NCBI RefSeq assembly: GCF_009914755.1
Contig: NC_060926.1
DNA: 64,000 nt
Source: the human T2T-CHM13v2.0 reference genome, Homo sapiens
Reading direction: 5' to 3' (one strand)
Shown: in pieces, positions 53,884-64,000 of the stretch
How positions within the stretch are numbered: position 1 is the stretch's first letter
Layout of the letters: each line of letters starts with the position of its first letter
Made by a program: the position numbers and the translations under genes
Notes under the pieces: model-generated
The model's database searches: none
What the model was told of the DNA's origin: nothing
Seen by the model: only the letters and a program-made list of their open reading frames with translations

Positions 53884-56190
53884 TCTGGTTTCAACTGCTG
53901 CATTTTAATTTTTACAAATTACTTCCTAACATTTTTCATGTGGTGATTTTCTATACTTTTATTATCTTCACAGTATTTAGAATATTTTATTATGTACTTC
54001 AGATTTTTAAAAAATAGATCTCATTATATTTCAATTGAACAAAGCATACTTTGTTTAGTATTATTACCTTTTGTATCTAGACAGTATTAAGACTATTTTA
54101 ATTATTTCATTTAATATTAATTTTCTTTCCTTTTTCAACATGTTTATTGATGGTATAGGCATAAAACATACATTCTTTGGGAAGGGCCCATGTATTAAGT
54201 AAAGGAGTTTTGATGACAGGCCTCACATTAAACCTTTAGTTTTTTCCAAAAATGTTCTATTATCTCTAATTCCATAACAAACAACTCTACCAGACCTGAA
54301 TTTTTATCGGACCTTACAAAACTAAGATTCAATTAACTAGAAGCAAGACTTGAGTCATTGTGTAAAAGAATCATTTTCCTTTTGCTCCAGTAGCTTTGTG
54401 CAATTACTTAACCTCTAACTGGAAAACCCTCTCATAGCCTAAGCTCCCTCGTTACTCTGCTTAGTTCACATTCCCCTCGAGAACAAGACTAGACCCTATG
54501 CTCCTTCCTAGCTCCTGTTGGCACTGTATTGTGCTCTGCAGAATGTAACTGCTGCCTGGGGTTTGCTCCTGTTGTGTTTTCTAATTGATCCATCGTCTTG
54601 CTAGTGCCTAAGCTTGCAACCCAGACACTGTGTCTTGATTATTCTAGTTGAACTTGTTGCAACCAGCTTCTGTAACCGAGTAAATTATGTTTCTTCTGGA
54701 TGCTTATTGACTTACATTGCACATTATCCTCCTTTTGAATAATTCCCCTTATATTTCTTGACTGAGGTTACCTAAGTTACAACATTTTAAAGTCAAGGAG
54801 ACTTTAGTTTTTAAAAATCCAACATTTAAGGTGCCTTAATATGGAAGCCCATGTTTTCTGTGCATCTCTGAAAATAGCTATGCTTCAAATTAATGCTTTG
54901 AGTTTTGACTAATCTGCTTACCACATTCAACTTGTTTTTTAATCTAATGATTTTGCAAGTGACTATTACTTCAACTTATGACTGTTGGCAGAGAATCAAT
55001 CTTCACATTAAAATGATAAGCCTCAAACAGATTATAGTTTTTATTAAATGGCTTTCATTCCCAGAACAGTTGTACTGAAATAAAACAATGATAGAAATAT
55101 TAATAAGTTTTGAGATGTGAAATCTTTTATTTTCTATCCTGCATTACAACTTTTCAGACCATGACCTTTGTGAGCCCATACAATTTCTTAGGTAGTGTGA
55201 AGCATAATGTAATATTTTAAATAATTTTACACACTAGCAATTATAATTGCATTTTATAGTACCTAAGGATTAATTATGTGCTTGCCAATCCTCTGTGCTA
55301 ATATATAACACTGTCTTGACACTATCTTTTAAAATTGCTAAACAAATATAATGTAACATTATTATTCCATATAGAAAAGCTTTGCCTAAACATGTTAGCA
55401 TAGAAAAGACTCTACAGCAATGCATTTGTATATAAATAAATGTAGTACTGTTAGAGGTAGCTATTAAAGCTCATTGTGGTTATACTGTCAATTTGTTGGA
55501 GGTTCTGTCTATGTTAAGAACTGGTTTATCCATGTTGACTAAAATAAGACTTTACCAACAATGAAGTTTAAAAATTGGCTATAGATACAGAGTTTTAGAT
55601 AGAGTACAAAAACAAAACCTTCTGTATGAAAAATAATTCATTATTTCAGCAAACAAATCTAAAATTAAATTACATGTGAGACCTGAACTTAGTGACAGAA
55701 AGTGGATTAAAAAAAAAATCTCAAAATCTGTTACATGAAAGCTGCTTTGCAGTACTGAATGCTTTCTCTCTTCCTTCCCAGGAACCAGTGCCCATTGTAC
55801 TACATGATAGTAACTGCCTGCAACTTCTGAACATTCTCCCCTTGGCAAAGCTACTCTTCCTTTACAATCACAGTCAAGAGGTTGAGTAAAGCAGGCCACA
55901 GTGTTCCTATATCACGTTGTCCCATAGTGCCTTTGGAAAGGAACACGTATGTGGCTTTCTTAATTAATGGGCTGGGACATTTTGAGGTAGGTGAAGGAAT
56001 TACAAAGTGGGAGTATAAATGTTAAATCAGGCACTGAGTATGACTTTACCTGGTTAAACAAAAACAAAACCAAAAAAACCCTCATTCACAAGGAGGTAAT
56101 GTTTTTGTTCCTGACCTGGCTCACTTGCCCTCAGGTATGCTGCATTTCTTTCAAAACGACTTCAAGTCTTCATCGTATTTTTTTTTTTTT

Positions 56191-56279
56191 GTAATATTCA
56201 GTTTATTTTTCATCCATTAAAGCATTACTACTAAATTTTTAGTTGCTTGAATACTTTCTATTAGTTTCAATGGCTTAGG
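56191..56279 (-). other. 89-bp L1 3'-transduced non-L1 sequence
   Basis: Unique sequence between two poly-T tracts (56178-56190 and 56280-56324), inside the TSDs, with a minus-strand AATAAA at 56202-56207. Confidence 0.88.
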
Positions 56280-56314
<35 letters not shown>

Positions 56315-56529
56315 TTTTTTTTTTATTATACTCTAAGTTTTAGGGTACATGTGCACATTGTGCAGGTTAGTTACATATGTATACATGTGCCATGCTGGTG
56401 CGCTGCACCCACTAACGTGTCATCTAGCATTAGGTATATCTCCCAATGCTCTCCCTCCCCCCTCCCCCGACCCCACCACAGTCCCCAGAGTGTGATATTC
56501 CCCTTCCTGTGTCCATGTGATCTCATTGT

Positions 56530-60083
<3,554 letters not shown>

Positions 60084-63000
60084 TAGGACTAGCACACAGG
60101 GAGGGACCTGGCAGTCTACCCTCTACTGGTCATTATCACTTCTATTTTCACAAAAGTCCAGAGCTAGAGGCATTGGATTCCATGTCTGCAGGAAGTCTGG
60201 GATGAGTTTTGTCTCTCTAACCATACTTTATGGAACAAACATACACACAACACACACATGCACACCTCCCAAGGGCTGCCCGATCGTTGCTGCATGGAAT
60301 TCCTGGACATTTTCTCCTTAATGAGATGCTAGCCTCTGTCTCTCTGCAGTCACAGTCAAGAAATGGAGTGGAATATACGCTCAGGTACATTATAATATAA
60401 GATGGGAAAAAAAAATTCCCAACTACTGGAAAACTGTAAGACACCTTCATTTTCTATGTCATCAATAAATCTCGTGTTTCCCTAGGTCTTCCAGAATAAG
60501 GGAGACAAACATAGTTATACCAGGAAAATGACATGATAACTATTCTAGTAAATTATTGAATAAATAATTCTTTAGCCAAGGTCACTTGTCCTCAGTTTTG
60601 ATCAGTGCTCAGGAGAAGGAGATAAACTATGCCTAATGATATAACCATGCTATACCCCTGCTGGCTGTAACCATGCTATTGTCATATTTGAGGTGCCTCT
60701 TCAATTAAATGCCTTTATAGGCTAACCTGTCTCTGATGATCATTTATGTCTAATATGTTCCAGGCACTCTCCTAGGCTCTGGAGAGTAAACAGTGAATAG
60801 AAATAAAGTCTATCAACAAGGAATTTAGAGTCTAAAGGGGGAAGTTGAAAAACAAATAGCCATTTTCATAAGACGGCTGAGTAATATAATAAATTTAATA
60901 AACATAATATGTTGAGAAAGCATATAACATATTAAGAATAAAAGAAATTCTGATAAATGAGGGAAGAGAAAAGCAACACAAAAGCCAGAGAACTCATTAA
61001 GGAATTTATGTGTAAGATGATAGTCCCTAATAGTTTTTAAATAGCAAGGTAAATAACCCTCATTGAGAGTATCAGATTAGAATTATCAGTAGGATTCTAT
61101 AAGAAAGAGTCGATTAGTATGTGTGTGTTCATTGGTGGGTGTTGAGGAGACAAGAAAAATAAAGGAAGTTTCAAGTACTAGCTAGCAAATAGAAATCATA
61201 TTATTTGGATAATCAAAAAGTTAGATAATCTATAAGTCTTGTAGGGGTTTATGTTATAGGAGAAGTTTTGGAAGAGGGCAAAAGAGGATTTACAAATGAA
61301 ATTTAAGTTTCTGGCCTGCATAATTAGGTTGATGTGGTTATTCATAAATAATGCAAGGAGAGAAGATAGAAATGAAAGTCAGTAAGCAAAAGTTGGAGAA
61401 TGGAAGATAACATCTTCAAATACTGTAATTTTGTAAGATACGTCCTTTGGGGGAAACTGGGCCAAAGGTACATGGGATATCTTCATATTATTTCTTGCAA
61501 CTGCATTTGAATCTACTATAATCTCAAAAAAAAGACAATTAAAAGAGAAATTTGAGGTACCTGGAATATGTCTAAGTAGGGCAGTCTTATAAATAGTTCA
61601 AGCTGTAGTAGAAACTCTCTTAACTGAAACAATAAAAATATGTTTGTTGTCTATCTCTTGCTTAAAGCGATGAAGTACACATTAAGGCACATATGCACAC
61701 AGGCACAGTATAAGCATCGTGTACTAACTCACATTATCTTGTTGTACTTTAAATTTACCAACATTGTGCTATAGATCCAAGGTCTTTGCTTTGAATTTAT
61801 TCAAAGTTATTAGTCACCTTTTCTTACATAATCCTTTGAAGTTATTGGTCATCTTTTTCTACATAATCCATACTCAAAATAAATCATCTATGGACTTCTA
61901 AGTTTTCTTATTTAAAATGTACTGAGGACTTAAATACATTTCTGAACAAATTAAAATTGTGTTTTTAAATTATTTATTTTTCTCCTATCTTATATAGCTA
62001 TACTCACACCACAGTTAAAATAATTTAGTTAGCAACCACCTTAATTTAGAATTTCTAAAGCATGCTAAGGAATAAACTGTATCTGCTTATATTCACATTT
62101 CATCATTTCACTTAACACTGAATTAAATTATATAATTATAGTAACAAATGAAACATGAACAAAGTGATCTGAGAACAAACAAATCTGAATTTTGGTAAGC
62201 AAATTATCAACAGTAGTGATAGTAAGTGTAATGGTGTCCTACAGCATATCCTAACAGCTACTCATTATGCTTTGAGAATCAGTTTTAAAGGGAATTTAGA
62301 ATTCAATTACTCTGAAAAGATACAAATGCAGATCATTTTAAAATAATCTATTATACAGGTATAAAGTTAAAAGGCACATATATACACATACACATATACT
62401 AAGGAAATGTATTTTGGAATCATCACCCTGTTCATTTTAATTAAAATATTATGAGATTTGAGATTACCCTCTGAAAAAATGTAAAGACTACAGAGAGAAG
62501 TCAATCCTGGAAATAGCAACCAGCATTTAAGCTTGGGAAGAAAAGGAAACAACTACAGAGGACACAAAGTATCCATAGAGCTTGAATATAAACTAGAAAA
62601 TTATAGCACCATGAAAATGGTAGCAAGAGACAGTTTTAAGTAAAAGGGCATGTTTAAGAGTTGTCAATAGCTTTAAGTGTTTAAGTAAATGAGAAGCATG
62701 CATTCTTCGTTTCATGACCTAAGCCATTGCTGAGTCTGATATGGTAGTTTTAATAGAATGGTAAGCCTAGAAGCCATATTGCATTGACTTTAAAAGAGAA
62801 TTGTGGGCAAGAAAATATACGCAAAGCTTTTTAGAATACCTACAAAGGGGTAGAAAGAAATAGAATTATGGTTATAAACACTATAAAAATAGGTTTAGAT
62901 TTTATAATGATGTCCAGCTCTACTGCATGTATATGAAGATTTGACTAGGTATAAGATCATGTTTATCAATTAATTTATGTGCAACTTAGATTCCTTATAT

Positions 63001-64000
63001 GTTAATATAGAGCTTGAATGTATGTTTATAATATCCTCTGGACTTAAATTCTGTAAAGCAGTTCCAAGTTGTTCACTGATGTTATTCATGTAAATTTTTT
63101 TGAAATTTCCTAGTAAAACAAATATAACTTATTGATTATTTTTCCTTAGTATCATTATTCATGTTTCCTTTTAGGATACAGTTGAATGTGAGGAAACCAA
63201 ATTATATAAGGAAACCTGGATAAGACTAATACTATACGATATGAAAAATGACTGTAGGTATTCATATGTTCAAAAATATTAGTTGAATAATAGTGGAAGT
63301 AGGCATAAGGAAATCTGAGACATTTTTAAAGGCTTAATATTTTAACTTTATATGAGTCATCTGTTTTATATAATTCACATGTACATAAATATTAAGGTGT
63401 TGAATATATTTTACTTAATATCTTACTTTGAGAATCAAATGGTCCATATTCCTTATTATTTAACACACTTTCAATAGAGATAACTTATTTGATTAAAATC
63501 AGTCATAATTTTATTGACTCATAAAGTCAACACTTTTTTCATTTTCAAGTTTATATTATGTGACCTATTTCATTTAATAATATAATTTTTCCCTTTACTA
63601 TTTAATTTATAAATCAAAATATTAAGGCAAATTCTATGCAAGATTAATTTTATGTATTATTTTTTAGAAAACAAAAAAGCTTCCTTTGTTCTCCTATGTC
63701 CTTGTTGCTGTTTTGATTTTTTTCTTTTAGTGAACTATATCTTAAGACATTTTTATAATTTGTAATCATTTGTAATGGTTTTTGGCCATTAAAAATAATA
63801 TTAATTTTAAATAAGTTGGATTGGATGTGGCATGCACCCAAGCAGTTTGAACTTGTTGATTCCTTGTGGAATGGTTTCATCATTACTAGACTGGAAGTTT
63901 TCTATTCTTTTCTTATTCACAAGGGTACTATAAGAAAATAAAGGCAAATTCCTGTTCAGACTAGGAGGGAAGCTATAAGACTCTTTTATTCAAGAATTAA

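Overview
Human genomic DNA, AT-rich and repeat-dense. It covers the 3' part of ZNF804A on the + strand: the distal ~42.6 kb of intron 2, exon 3 (42593-42723), intron 3, the large last exon 4 (CDS 44773-48016, 3' UTR to ~48480) and ~15 kb downstream. Human origin is inferred from a pre-Ta L1HS element and a Ya5-lineage Alu. Intron 2 holds an RPL23A processed pseudogene, Alus, old L1s (one near full length), MaLR/ERVL LTR elements, Tigger DNA transposons, and the sequence context I recall for schizophrenia SNP rs1344706 (A allele). The most unusual object is a young L1HS insertion at 56166-60017. It has a 16-bp target-site duplication (TSD), a twin-priming 5' inversion with a ~530-nt internal deletion, and an 89-bp 3' transduction between two poly(A) tails. 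Several ZNF804A codons differ from the reference protein as I remember it, which suggests a non-reference haplotype. I found no evidence of a wholly new biological system. Most short ORFs in the track are chance or repeat-derived, and repeat subfamily calls were made by eye.
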